The position numbers and the translations under genes are program-made. Source: a virus (Duplodnaviria; Heunggongvirae; Uroviricota; Caudoviricetes). From it: a stretch of DNA of 64,000 nucleotides. The stretch is from the IMG/VR virus record IMGVR_UViG_3300026382_000001; one strand, written 5' to 3'. Numbering within the stretch: the stretch's first letter is position 1; every line of letters begins with the position of its first letter. The notes beneath the pieces were generated by a model. It had not been told where the DNA came from. It was given only the letters and a program-made list of their open reading frames with translations, and ran no database searches. Positions 1 to 10,178 of this stretch are shown piece after piece.

Positions 1-216
1 AGATAATTTTTGGTCTTTAATTAAACCAAGTTCTTTCCAAATCATATAATAAGCTTGTGAACCAAAAGGCTTACCAATTACAATATTCGTCGTACTGTAA
101 TCAAACTTTGGTAATAAGTATTTAAGATATGAGAATTGACTAAGAGCGCTTGGTATATGTTTTAGATTATTATCAATACTGTATTGAAGTAATTGTTTTG
201 TTGTTTTATGAGACAT
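1..216 (-). CDS. Transketolase N-terminal-domain-like protein (partial, runs off window start)
   Basis: Own translation from ATG at 216: MSHKTTKQLLQYSIDNNLKHIPSALSQF...IVIGKPFGSQAYY. Resembles transketolase HxGSSLS...FILSKGHAxxALY. Not in the ORF track. Confidence 0.5.
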   Translation of the reverse strand, partial: MSHKTTKQLLQYSIDNNLKHIPSALSQFSYLKYLLPKFDYSTTNIVIGKPFGSQAYYMIWKELGLIKDQKLS

Positions 217-847
217 TATAATGGGACTTCCCTTGTTTATAAAATAATTTATTTATGTATTTAATACTTCCACTATTTCTAAAAAATAAATAATAATCGT
301 TATATTTATTATCAGTCTTTGGAAATTTTTTAATTATTTCTTTTTTAATTATTATTTGACCTAATTGAAAATGATCGAATTTTTCTGGAATATTATAATA
401 ATTAAATAGTTCTGTATGTGTTTTATTCCATATTTTTTTAAATGATTTTCTAAAATTTTTTAAAGTACTATTTTCTCTAGCGTTTGGATAATATAATCCA
501 AAACAATAATCATTTTTTAATTCAAAATCAAATGATGTTAATAAAGTATCATCATCTTCTAAATAATAAATATATTCACCATTTGATTTTTTATATAAAA
601 AATTATATACTTGCCCCCAATTAATAAAAGAAGCATTATAAATAGTAATTGGTAATTTATATTTATTAAAATTTATATCCTTAATAGAATCGTCGTCATA
701 ATTAATAATAATTTCATAAGGTATTTGTATATTTGCTTTACGAATACTTAATAAACATTTTTGTAATTGTTCTGGTCTATCATGAGTTGGTATTAATATA
801 CTTAATTTAATATTTTTTGACATTTTAATAATCCGTCGCAGTTGCAA
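206..847 (-). CDS. Glycosyltransferase family 2 (GT-A)
   Basis: LSILIPTHDRP...EIIINYDD...GEYIYYLEDDD (DxD region); true start probably Met at 823. Confidence 0.8.
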   Translation of the reverse strand: MQLRRIIKMSKNIKLSILIPTHDRPEQLQKCLLSIRKANIQIPYEIIINYDDDSIKDINFNKYKLPITIYNASFINWGQVYNFLYKKSNGEYIYYLEDDDTLLTSFDFELKNDYCFGLYYPNARENSTLKNFRKSFKKIWNKTHTELFNYYNIPEKFDHFQLGQIIIKKEIIKKFPKTDNKYNDYYLFFRNSGSIKYINKLFYKQGKSHYNVS

Positions 848-1752
848 AAATCATGAGGGCATTTTTTTGGTAATATTTTTTTAATTTTTTTAAAATACAT
901 TAAATTAGTTTCTAAAGAAAATGTTCCAGGAAAACAAGTACTACTTACAAAACCATTAAATGATATTTCATAGTTATTTTGATAACATGACCAATTTTTA
1001 AAAGTGAGATTTTTTGAAAAAACCTCAATATCATTAAGATATTCTTTTTTATCATTTATAATATATTCATATTCTTTATCCATATATTTATATATTTCTT
1101 GATATTTATTTAAAGAGGTTTTATATAATTTTTGTAAATCGTTGTGTGGATTTCCATCTGGATAAATAATATGTGGATGTATTATTATTTCTTTAGAAAT
1201 ATTTGGTAAATATTTTAACCATTCGTTAGTAATATTATCATATTTTGGATCTAACATTATATTAACTTTTACTTTAAAATATTTATTTAAATATTCTAAT
1301 TTTTCGATAAATAATTTTATTCTTTCTTCTGTTAAATTTTTGAAATACTCTGGATGAAAACTACATAATATAAAAGTATTTTTTATTTTAGGATGTTTTT
1401 CCCAATATGTTATATCTTGATTAAGATTAGTAGTTATATATAATCTATTATCTTTATGTCTTGGTAATATTTTATTTTGTATTTCTTCTAAAATATAAAA
1501 ATAGTTTTTAGATTCCGTTGGTTCTCCACCAAGCAATCCCAAGAAAACGGGAAGAGTACTAAATCGAAGGCTAGTAATAATATTATTTATATCCTTAATT
1601 TTAGATTCATTTTGCCAGTTATTTTCTTTAGAATAATCTAATTTAGCGTAACAGTAGTTACAGTTATAATTACATTTTGTAGTTATATCCCAATGAATAT
1701 ATAATCTTTGTATTTTATGATCAATTCCCTGAAAAGTTTTGGAATCTAGCAT
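802..1752 (-). CDS. Radical SAM protein with C-terminal twitch-like Cys motif
   Basis: CNYNCNYC, LLGGEP, TTN, SFHPE, C-terminal C..C..CPHDFCNC. Confidence 0.93.
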   Translation of the reverse strand: MLDSKTFQGIDHKIQRLYIHWDITTKCNYNCNYCYAKLDYSKENNWQNESKIKDINNIITSLRFSTLPVFLGLLGGEPTESKNYFYILEEIQNKILPRHKDNRLYITTNLNQDITYWEKHPKIKNTFILCSFHPEYFKNLTEERIKLFIEKLEYLNKYFKVKVNIMLDPKYDNITNEWLKYLPNISKEIIIHPHIIYPDGNPHNDLQKLYKTSLNKYQEIYKYMDKEYEYIINDKKEYLNDIEVFSKNLTFKNWSCYQNNYEISFNGFVSSTCFPGTFSLETNLMYFKKIKKILPKKCPHDFCNCDGLLKCQKILN

Positions 1753-2561
1753 GTACTATCCCGAAAAGTTGGGAAAAGTAAATGTTGCATTAAAAAATAA
1801 TAATTTTCATTTTTTAAAAAAAATAAATTATCATAGTCAATTGATATATTTTTTGGGAAAAAAGTGTATTTGCAATTATTTAAATTCTTCTCTATTTTTT
1901 TAGTTATATTCAAACCTTTTAAATAATCAATTTTTCCTAGGTTTTTATTATATGGATCTACATTTATAATTTCAGATTTGTAATTAGTTTTAATTATTGT
2001 ATCTGTTGCAAAAGTTAAATTAGATTCTGGTATTTCGGTTATATATTTAAACATTTCTATAATATCTTCTAACTTAAAAAAATTAAGATCTGATAAAAAA
2101 ATATTTTCAAATAATTTATCGGCATCTGTGGTAAATAATTTTTTAAGTTTTTCTAAATAAATTTTAAAACTGTCGCATTTATTCCATTCAGTTAATATTC
2201 CCAAATTAAATTTTTTTATATCAAATTTTTCACCGGTATAAAATAATAGAAAATATCTAAATTTTCTATTGAGTATCTCAGTAAACAATTCTAAATCAAT
2301 ATAAAAATTATTTTCTTTATCCTTAATTAAATTATATGTATCTATATCAAGTAATTTATAAGCACCATGATAAACAATTCGATTTATTGGTAAGGGTATT
2401 GTAAGACCACCTAATTTATGAATTTCTTCATCCGATAAAGAGGTATCGAGTTTAACAACTAATTCAAAACTATTATCTTTAAATTGATTATTTATTTTAT
2501 CTATAAGATTATTAACCAATTCCCTATTTTTTTTATGTACCTTTCTAATATCTTCGCTCAT
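1746..2561 (-). CDS. Hypothetical protein in radical SAM cluster
   Basis: 271-aa ORF with AAGGA RBS, overlaps the next gene; no motif recognised. Confidence 0.65.
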   Translation of the reverse strand: MSEDIRKVHKKNRELVNNLIDKINNQFKDNSFELVVKLDTSLSDEEIHKLGGLTIPLPINRIVYHGAYKLLDIDTYNLIKDKENNFYIDLELFTEILNRKFRYFLLFYTGEKFDIKKFNLGILTEWNKCDSFKIYLEKLKKLFTTDADKLFENIFLSDLNFFKLEDIIEMFKYITEIPESNLTFATDTIIKTNYKSEIINVDPYNKNLGKIDYLKGLNITKKIEKNLNNCKYTFFPKNISIDYDNLFFLKNENYYFLMQHLLFPTFRDSTC

Positions 2562-2576
2562 ATAATATCCTTTTAT

Positions 2577-3428
2577 TTAAATAAAATCTTGTAAATAGCT
2601 TAATTCATAACCACACGTTTTAAATTCACATAAACTTTTTTTCATTGTATCTTTTAAGTTGTCCCCATTTAATATATTTCCAGTTGGAGCATTCTGAGTT
2701 AAACTATAACTACATTTAAATAAATCTCCATTTCCATTAATAATAATATAATAGGAAGTATCACATAAATAATTATCGGGTACTGTAATTTCCCCAGCAA
2801 AATATTTATTTTTTTCTATTTCTTGTTTTGTTAATTTTATTTTTGATTTAACTAAATTTTCAAAACTATCACTTTGAAAATAGTTATAAGTAATTTCAGT
2901 TCGAATATTTAACAAATTAAAATATTTTCTTAAAAAAATGATATCTTTTATATTATTTTTAATTACCATTAAATCGATATAATTTAATTTAATTAATAAT
3001 TTCTTATTTTTAAAATACTTTAATTTATCTTTATATGTTATAATTTTATTATTTGTAATTTCAAAATGAAAGCTTATATTTAATAAATCAATATAATCCA
3101 AACTACTTATTATAAGATCGGGGTTATCGAAATTAGTCTGTAATTCAATGATACTATTTGAATTTAAATATTTAATATATTTTAAATAGTCTATTAAATA
3201 TTTCGATAATGTTGGTTCACCTCCATGAAAATAAAACAAAGGTGTTCTATTTTTTTCTTTAGCATATGATACACACTGATCTATTATTTTCATAATATCC
3301 TTTTTATTATAATCTATATTTGAATGATAATGACAATATGAACAATCTCTATTGCATAGTTCGGTAATTCTTAAAGAAAATTGTATTACTTTACATCCAG
3401 AAACATCCATTTTTTGTACAGTACCCAT
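2577..3428 (-). CDS. Radical SAM protein
   Basis: CNRDCSYC, FHGGEP, QTN, twitch-like C..GDLFKC..CEFKTC. Confidence 0.93.
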   Translation of the reverse strand: MGTVQKMDVSGCKVIQFSLRITELCNRDCSYCHYHSNIDYNKKDIMKIIDQCVSYAKEKNRTPLFYFHGGEPTLSKYLIDYLKYIKYLNSNSIIELQTNFDNPDLIISSLDYIDLLNISFHFEITNNKIITYKDKLKYFKNKKLLIKLNYIDLMVIKNNIKDIIFLRKYFNLLNIRTEITYNYFQSDSFENLVKSKIKLTKQEIEKNKYFAGEITVPDNYLCDTSYYIIINGNGDLFKCSYSLTQNAPTGNILNGDNLKDTMKKSLCEFKTCGYELSYLQDFI

Positions 3429-4173
3429 TAGTAATCTCCCTATAACAACAGTTATATTTATTTAATTTTGAATCCCAAAGAACATAATCATATGGACATG
3501 GTTTACCATAGGTACTAAACTTTCCGGAACATTGTTCTTCCCAAAGTTCAGATCTGAACTTTGATTCCCCAAGTATATAATTTTCTTCAAATTTTATCCA
3601 AGAATATATTTTTTTATATCTTATGATATTATACTCTTTATTTAAAGCACAACATAAATTTTTATTGTTTTTATAAAATCCAGAAATTGGCAATAAATAA
3701 CATATTTCTGGAAAAATTTTTTGAACTATTCTATAATACCTAATAGATTCTTTTCCAATATACATAATATCTATACGTTTCATATTTAGTATTTTTAAAT
3801 CATTTAACCTTTTTAATTCGATAAGATTATTTATTAAATCGGTTTCTGTTATTTCTGTTGGATGAACACTACACTGTAGGTTAAAGTTATTTATATTATT
3901 TTTAATAATATCGATACTTTTAGTACTAATATTACTTTGAATTACGAATGGTTGTTTTATTTTATTAAGATAATCTATTATAAATTTAATTTTTTTATGC
4001 ATAAATGGTTCTCCACCAAATACAAATAATTCTAAATCTTTGTCAATATTATCCATAAATTTTTTTAAAATATCTTCGTTTAATTCCATTTTATAATTTG
4101 GTAAAGAACAATAAAAACAATTATAATTACATTGACTTATTACTTCCCACTCTTGAAGTTTATTTATTTCCAT
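3391..4173 (-). CDS. Radical SAM protein
   Basis: CNYNCFYC, FGGEP, QSN, SVHP, C-terminal Cys residues. Confidence 0.92.
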   Translation of the reverse strand: MEINKLQEWEVISQCNYNCFYCSLPNYKMELNEDILKKFMDNIDKDLELFVFGGEPFMHKKIKFIIDYLNKIKQPFVIQSNISTKSIDIIKNNINNFNLQCSVHPTEITETDLINNLIELKRLNDLKILNMKRIDIMYIGKESIRYYRIVQKIFPEICYLLPISGFYKNNKNLCCALNKEYNIIRYKKIYSWIKFEENYILGESKFRSELWEEQCSGKFSTYGKPCPYDYVLWDSKLNKYNCCYREITNGYCTKNGCFWM

Positions 4174-4230
4174 ACAAATAATTTCCTTTCATTTATAATT
4201 TGATAAAGTAAAATATATTAATTTTTGGGT

Positions 4231-5079
4231 TTATTTAATTTCATTAAACTTTGAAATATCATGCTCTAACTCATTTAATTTATTTTCTCTACCAGATATT
4301 TTAAAATTTATATAACCAAGTGATTTAGCTTTGGTTATTAATTTATTATCCAAATCCATTCCAGTCTTACATGAAGTTAAACAATTATCTGGATTAAAAT
4401 TTGATAACCAACATTCTTCAACCTCTTTAATTTTTAATACAATATCCTTTGAGTTTAAACCATTCGAATTTACCTTAGATATTTCTTTAAAATGTTCATA
4501 ATAAAATTCACAATTTGGTTTACATGTATCATTTACCATAATTTCATATTTTTCTAAATTTAATTTAAGAAACCAATCTTGAAAAATATGTTCCATTTTT
4601 GGAACAATTAAATCGTACTTAGTCTCTAAATTAGAATAATACTCGAAATATTTTTGCTGCGTTAACGAATTTGGATAAGCTTCCAAATCATGTCCAGTAA
4701 TACTATATTTTAAATTAAAATTATAATTATCTTTTAAAAATAATCGCAACTCTTCGTTTATTAAAGTAATTTCATTTTGTATTTTATATTTTTTAGATGA
4801 TTGATCTAATAATTCTAATAATTCTAAACCAACGTTATCTTTTAAATCTATAACTCCATTTGAAAATGTAAATGAAACAGGTATTTTAAATTTATTATAG
4901 AATTCAATATCGGATAAATCAATATTAATATTTCTATTTATTCTTCCACCATTCCATTTACAATTATTTGGGCCATCATATACTTTAACATTAAATTTTT
5001 TTAATAATTTTAATTTTGTAAAAATTATTAATAATTTTTTTTTATCGAATGTAAAAGCTCCTGCTATATTTAAATTCAT
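4231..5079 (-). CDS. Peptidase-U32-like Fe-S protein (UbiU/UbiV/TrhP superfamily, divergent)
   Basis: WNGGR, EIMVNDTCKPNC..H..C, FKISGR (cf. U32 KIEGR); paralog of 7616..8494. Confidence 0.55.
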   Translation of the reverse strand: MNLNIAGAFTFDKKKLLIIFTKLKLLKKFNVKVYDGPNNCKWNGGRINRNINIDLSDIEFYNKFKIPVSFTFSNGVIDLKDNVGLELLELLDQSSKKYKIQNEITLINEELRLFLKDNYNFNLKYSITGHDLEAYPNSLTQQKYFEYYSNLETKYDLIVPKMEHIFQDWFLKLNLEKYEIMVNDTCKPNCEFYYEHFKEISKVNSNGLNSKDIVLKIKEVEECWLSNFNPDNCLTSCKTGMDLDNKLITKAKSLGYINFKISGRENKLNELEHDISKFNEIK

Positions 5080-6011
5080 ATTTTTTTCCTAGTCGATAAT
5101 CGTTCATTTTTAAAACATCTATCATAATCATTTATATTATCAATAAATATATTATATTTTTCAGAAAATTTAAATTTATTAACAGAATAAAATTTTTTAA
5201 TATAATTATAATTTATAAAATTAGTTTCTATATTAACTTCCATTTTTTTAAATTTTTCTATTTTTGATTTGGGAACTGGTATCCAATCAGGTATTCCATC
5301 TTTAGATAAAACATTAAATATGTAATAATAATCATAATTATATTCTTTTAATATTTTTATTAATATTTCTAATTCTTTATCGGTATAGGTATTAACCATT
5401 AAAAGAAATACAAATTTACCAGGGTTGTTATCCAGTACTGGTTTTAATTCTTTTAATTTTTTAATATAGAAATCTAATGATAATTGTTCCAAATGAAAGG
5501 TAAAATCAATAACATAATTATTAAAATTTGTACTATTTAAAAAATTGAATAATGTATCCAATTTTGAAGCAGATGTACTAAAATTAGAAAATATTTTAAA
5601 TAGAATTTTTTGATTATTAAACATATGTAATTTAGCAGACATATAATTAATAATAATTTCAAATCTATTAATTTTTTCTAAATTATAAAAATATTCCCCA
5701 GATGAAATACTTATAAAAAAACCATCATTATCATATTTAGATTTAGAATACTCTAAAAAAACTTTATCTATTATCTTAAAAAGCTGTTCGTTTGTAAAAG
5801 TACCTTTATTATTTGGTACAGAAAGAAATTTATCAAAACAGTAACTACAATCTAAATTACAAGTTGTATCAAAAGCTAACAATAGTATTTTATAAAATCG
5901 TTTTCCTATTGGTAACGCCAATGTTGTTTTTTTTATAAGATCCTCTTTATTATCCAATATAAAACTCATAGCAATTCCTTTTTTATTTGAGTAAGATAAT
6001 AACATGGACAT
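5076..6011 (-). CDS. Radical SAM protein (no auxiliary Cys motif)
   Basis: CNLDCSYC, SSGE, FSN, FTFH; likely start at 5969 (ATGA overlap, AAAGGA RBS). Confidence 0.85.
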   Translation of the reverse strand: MSMLLSYSNKKGIAMSFILDNKEDLIKKTTLALPIGKRFYKILLLAFDTTCNLDCSYCFDKFLSVPNNKGTFTNEQLFKIIDKVFLEYSKSKYDNDGFFISISSGEYFYNLEKINRFEIIINYMSAKLHMFNNQKILFKIFSNFSTSASKLDTLFNFLNSTNFNNYVIDFTFHLEQLSLDFYIKKLKELKPVLDNNPGKFVFLLMVNTYTDKELEILIKILKEYNYDYYYIFNVLSKDGIPDWIPVPKSKIEKFKKMEVNIETNFINYNYIKKFYSVNKFKFSEKYNIFIDNINDYDRCFKNERLSTRKKI

Positions 6012-6913
6012 GTTATTTCACAATTAACTATAAACATATTTTTCATTTTTATAAGTAAATTATTAAAATTATCATGAATATTTCCAATTTTTGTACCAGT
6101 ACAACCTTGTAAAATATTTAAATTGTAATCAATTAAGAATTCTTTTAAGTAACATTTTTTCTTATTTTTTAATAATATGAAATTATTTATAGAAATTTCT
6201 TTATCATTCATAGTAACACTTGGATTTAATAATTGTATCAATTTACGAAATGGATTTGATTTGGATTTTGAATAGATTTTAGCTCTTTTTTTTAAGAAAT
6301 TTTCATTTCCATTATCTATAACTTCGATATTTATATCAATAACTTTTGATAATTTTTCGATAGTATTAAAATTATTATTATAAAATTCAATATATTCTTT
6401 TTTTAATGTAAGCATTAAATCCATTTTTAAATTAATTTTATAATTATTTATTAAATAATTTAAATTTTTAAAAAATATATTATCATTTAAATCAATTAAT
6501 TCATGTACACTCGCAGTAATAAAAATATTATCTAAAAAATTATTATTTTTACATATTTCAATACCTTTTAATAAATTTGAAATATTTATTAAATTCGTAA
6601 AAATATTCATATTTATTTTATTTTCGATACAAAAATTAACACAATCTAAAAAATATTTACTTAAAGTAGGTTCTCCACCTAATATAAGTAATTGAAGATT
6701 TGGAAATTCTTTTTTAATATGTAATAAAAATATTTTAATATTATTCCAATTTTCTTGAGATAAATTTTTATTCCAATCGTTAGTTTTGTTATAATAATTT
6801 TTCGAATAACAGTATGAACAATCTAAATTACATACTGTAGTTATATCCAAACTGATTAATATATCATATTGAAAAAATTTATCCATTTTTTTATTTGGTT
6901 TAATAATATTCAT
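5966..6913 (-). CDS. Radical SAM protein
   Basis: CNLDCSYC, ILGGEP, FTN, SVH, C-terminal C..C..CEITCPC. Confidence 0.93.
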   Translation of the reverse strand: MNIIKPNKKMDKFFQYDILISLDITTVCNLDCSYCYSKNYYNKTNDWNKNLSQENWNNIKIFLLHIKKEFPNLQLLILGGEPTLSKYFLDCVNFCIENKINMNIFTNLINISNLLKGIEICKNNNFLDNIFITASVHELIDLNDNIFFKNLNYLINNYKINLKMDLMLTLKKEYIEFYNNNFNTIEKLSKVIDINIEVIDNGNENFLKKRAKIYSKSKSNPFRKLIQLLNPSVTMNDKEISINNFILLKNKKKCYLKEFLIDYNLNILQGCTGTKIGNIHDNFNNLLIKMKNMFIVNCEITCPCYYLTQIKKELL

Positions 6914-7619
6914 ATTTTTCCTTTGTATCGAATAATATATTTAATGAACAAAAATCAATATGATTATCTTCAATAAATAATTTAGTATTTGGTTCTTTTA
7001 AAGTACTTGTTACACAGTAATCTTTTCGTGAGGCTCCTATATCAAAATTAATTAATCCCATTGAAAGAATATTGGAATTTAAAATTCTATTTAAAAATAT
7101 TTTTTTTAAATTTGGTAGAGTTTTTTGATAATAATTTGGATCTTCTATATCAGTACATAAATAAATTATAATATCCATATCAGAAAATAATTTAATAACC
7201 AAAGATATAATATTACTATTTTTAATATTAAAAATAATTTGAGTTCTTAATATATATTTTTTGTTAAATAATTCTAAATAATCATCTTTATTTTTTTTTA
7301 ATTTAAAAAATAATTGATTATGTAAACTAAGAACTATTTTTATATTATCAGTAAATAAATATTCATACTCTTTGATTTTTAATAATTTAGTACCATTTGT
7401 ATAAATAATAATATTTTGATTATATTGTTTTATATAATTTATAATTTTTTCAAATTCTGGATGCAAAAATGGTTCTCCACCAAGAATATTAATAACTTCA
7501 TAATCTTTAAAATTTATTTCATGTAATTCTTCTAAACTTATAAAAGAATTTTTTAAACTAACTGTACAATAATCGCACTCAAAATTACATTTTAATGTAA
7601 TAAATAAATCGAGATTCAT
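6900..7619 (-). CDS. Radical SAM protein (short)
   Basis: CNFECDYC, ILGGEPFLHP, YTNG, SLH. Confidence 0.92.
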   Translation of the reverse strand: MNLDLFITLKCNFECDYCTVSLKNSFISLEELHEINFKDYEVINILGGEPFLHPEFEKIINYIKQYNQNIIIYTNGTKLLKIKEYEYLFTDNIKIVLSLHNQLFFKLKKNKDDYLELFNKKYILRTQIIFNIKNSNIISLVIKLFSDMDIIIYLCTDIEDPNYYQKTLPNLKKIFLNRILNSNILSMGLINFDIGASRKDYCVTSTLKEPNTKLFIEDNHIDFCSLNILFDTKEKYEYY

Positions 7620-8494
7620 TGTATCCCCTTTAATTTTAATATTATATCATTTTGTTTTATAAATTGATTATAATTATTTATGGATCGCCCCTCAAATTTA
7701 ATTATATTAAATCGTTTTATAAATATTATTTTATGTTTATCTGGTATAAAAGCTTCCGTAAATTTTTTTGGTACTTTTTCTAATATACATGGCATACAAC
7801 TACTTTCGAATTTTTTTCTATTCGCGACATAATTTAAATTATAATAACTAATTTTATCATAATGATTTTTATATTTATTACAATGATTACAACCTTTAAT
7901 AATATTGATAATTATTTCCGTTTGTTTTAAATAATTATTTTGTACTAAATAATTATAAAACCATTGTTTTATAATTAATTCACTATGTATTACAACATTA
8001 TCATATTTATTAAATAAATTTGTATAATACTTAAAAATCTTTTCTTTGGATATTTTATTATTTTTATAAAATTCTGGAAAGTTTTTATGAGCAGTAATAC
8101 TATAAACGAATGTAAACCATTGTTTACTTTCTGGATATTTTGTAATAATATAATCATATAATATATCGGAATTAATAATTATCTCATTTTTAATATTATA
8201 TTTAATAGACGATATTAATAAATTTTTTAATAATTCATTACCATTTTTATCATTTAAATGTTCCTTCGTCAATAAGGAATTCGTAAACGTTAATCCAATA
8301 CTAATACCAAACTTATTATAAGTATCTATATCCATTTCTGTTATTTGTATTTTTTCATCAAGTATTCTACCACCATTCCAAACACAATTGTTAAAACCAT
8401 TGTATAAAACAATATTATAATATTTTTTTAAAGTTATTAAATGGGTTAAAAATGTTCCATCTTTATAATAAGGTATTACTAATTTTTTCATCAT
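7616..8494 (-). CDS. Peptidase-U32-like Fe-S protein, second paralog
   Basis: NNCVWNGGRI, YSITAH, GCNHC..H..CMPC, KFEGR. Confidence 0.55.
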   Translation of the reverse strand: MMKKLVIPYYKDGTFLTHLITLKKYYNIVLYNGFNNCVWNGGRILDEKIQITEMDIDTYNKFGISIGLTFTNSLLTKEHLNDKNGNELLKNLLISSIKYNIKNEIIINSDILYDYIITKYPESKQWFTFVYSITAHKNFPEFYKNNKISKEKIFKYYTNLFNKYDNVVIHSELIIKQWFYNYLVQNNYLKQTEIIINIIKGCNHCNKYKNHYDKISYYNLNYVANRKKFESSCMPCILEKVPKKFTEAFIPDKHKIIFIKRFNIIKFEGRSINNYNQFIKQNDIILKLKGIQ

Positions 8495-9240
8495 GTTCCT
8501 TTATAAAACGTGTTGTAATTATATTCTTTATTAATAGCATCTCCTATTGGACATATATCTATATCGCAAGAATATTTTTTATTTAAATATTTATTTAAAT
8601 TTATAATTTTTATTTCTGTTTTTTCAATACCACATGCAACATATAATAAACCAGTGCTTAATAAAAAAATAAAAGCATTTGGTGTACAAACATTAGAGGT
8701 ATTAAATATATTTAATTGATGATCAATATAATTTGTTAAATTAGCAAGATTATTTTTTAAATATTTAAAAACTGATTGTTCATTATTTGATAAATCTTTT
8801 ATAGTAATACCTAACTTAATATCTAGTTTATTTAAGTTCTTATATAATTTTATAATTTTATTACTTCCTTCGTAAATATCGTTTTTTTCAAAAAATATGT
8901 CTATATATAAATATTCTTTATATATTGAATTATTTAATAAATTATTTAACTTAATTATATCATTAAAATTGTAATCTAATAATATGGAAACATTTACGAT
9001 ATTATACTCTTTCATGTTTAAATTATTTATTAATTTAAGTTGTTGTATATTAGTAACACTTAAAGTTATTTTTATATTATTAGATTTAAATACTTTTAAA
9101 ATATAATACAAATCATTTATATTAATATTATTTAATTCAATATCTAATACAATATTAGGAATATTTTTTATACCATTATAAAGTTTTTTTATATTGTCGA
9201 GTTTACCATCGGTAATAATGTTAATATATGTATACATCAT
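8491..9240 (-). CDS. Degenerate radical-SAM-like protein lacking CX3CX2C
   Basis: C-terminal VCTPNAF..GLLYVAC..CDIDIC parallels NCTPNVF..GDIIFSC..CDENFC of 10179..11051; no N-terminal Cys triad. Confidence 0.55.
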   Translation of the reverse strand: MMYTYINIITDGKLDNIKKLYNGIKNIPNIVLDIELNNININDLYYILKVFKSNNIKITLSVTNIQQLKLINNLNMKEYNIVNVSILLDYNFNDIIKLNNLLNNSIYKEYLYIDIFFEKNDIYEGSNKIIKLYKNLNKLDIKLGITIKDLSNNEQSVFKYLKNNLANLTNYIDHQLNIFNTSNVCTPNAFIFLLSTGLLYVACGIEKTEIKIINLNKYLNKKYSCDIDICPIGDAINKEYNYNTFYKGT

Positions 9241-10169
9241 TAATCTTTTTTAGTTAATAATAATGGGTAATCCAAACAGGAATCGCGTTGGCAAATAATT
9301 TTTTTACCAAAATATTTTAAAAATTTTACTGGGTTTTGTTTTATATTAAAATTATAATTTAAACAATCTGCGGTGAAGGTAAGGTTTTCATCTATATGTC
9401 CATAATTATAAGAACATGTTTTATTTTTATAACTTATATTATCTTTCATTACTTCATTCAATGTAATTTTTTTATTATTATAAAAAAATTCCGGAATATT
9501 TTGATTAAATACTTTTTCTGGTAATTTTAAATAAGATATCTTATTTAAAAAATCTAAGAAATTATTTGATTTAAATTCCTCATTTTTAAATATTATCTGA
9601 GGACTATATATTATATTATTACTAATACAAAAATAATATAGTTCTAAAATAATATTTTTAAAAAAGTATTCTGTTTTTTCAGTTAAATATAACATTGGTG
9701 AAATAATAATATTAAATTTTTTAGATACAATTAGTTCTAATTTATCAAATAAATTCTTTTTATGATTAATATTATTTAAGTATTCTGGATGTAAACTAAG
9801 CCAATGATTAACATTATTATAATTTGGGTGATTTTTATAAAATTCATATGATTGAAAAAAATTAGTACTTATAAATATATCTGAGTTAGGTTTATCTATA
9901 TCGGAAAATTTATCTAAAATATTAAAATATAATTCTTTATTTAATGTTGGTTCTCCGCCAAGCAATCCCAACGTAAAATCAAAAGGATGTTTTTTTAATA
10001 AATTTAATAATATCGTAGAATTTTTTAATAATATTTTATTATCATTTTTTATATTTAAACTATTATCAAATTTTTGAAAACAATATGTACAATTTATATT
10101 ACACATCATTTGTATATCATAATCTAAATATATTCTATTTTCTTGTGAGTATATAGAATTCCAATACAT
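9240..10169 (-). CDS. Radical SAM protein
   Basis: CNINCTYC, LGLLGGEP, STN, SLHPEY, 4-Cys tail; closest in motifs to 802..1752. Confidence 0.93.
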   Translation of the reverse strand: MYWNSIYSQENRIYLDYDIQMMCNINCTYCFQKFDNSLNIKNDNKILLKNSTILLNLLKKHPFDFTLGLLGGEPTLNKELYFNILDKFSDIDKPNSDIFISTNFFQSYEFYKNHPNYNNVNHWLSLHPEYLNNINHKKNLFDKLELIVSKKFNIIISPMLYLTEKTEYFFKNIILELYYFCISNNIIYSPQIIFKNEEFKSNNFLDFLNKISYLKLPEKVFNQNIPEFFYNNKKITLNEVMKDNISYKNKTCSYNYGHIDENLTFTADCLNYNFNIKQNPVKFLKYFGKKIICQRDSCLDYPLLLTKKD

Positions 10170-10178
10170 ATATTTCCT

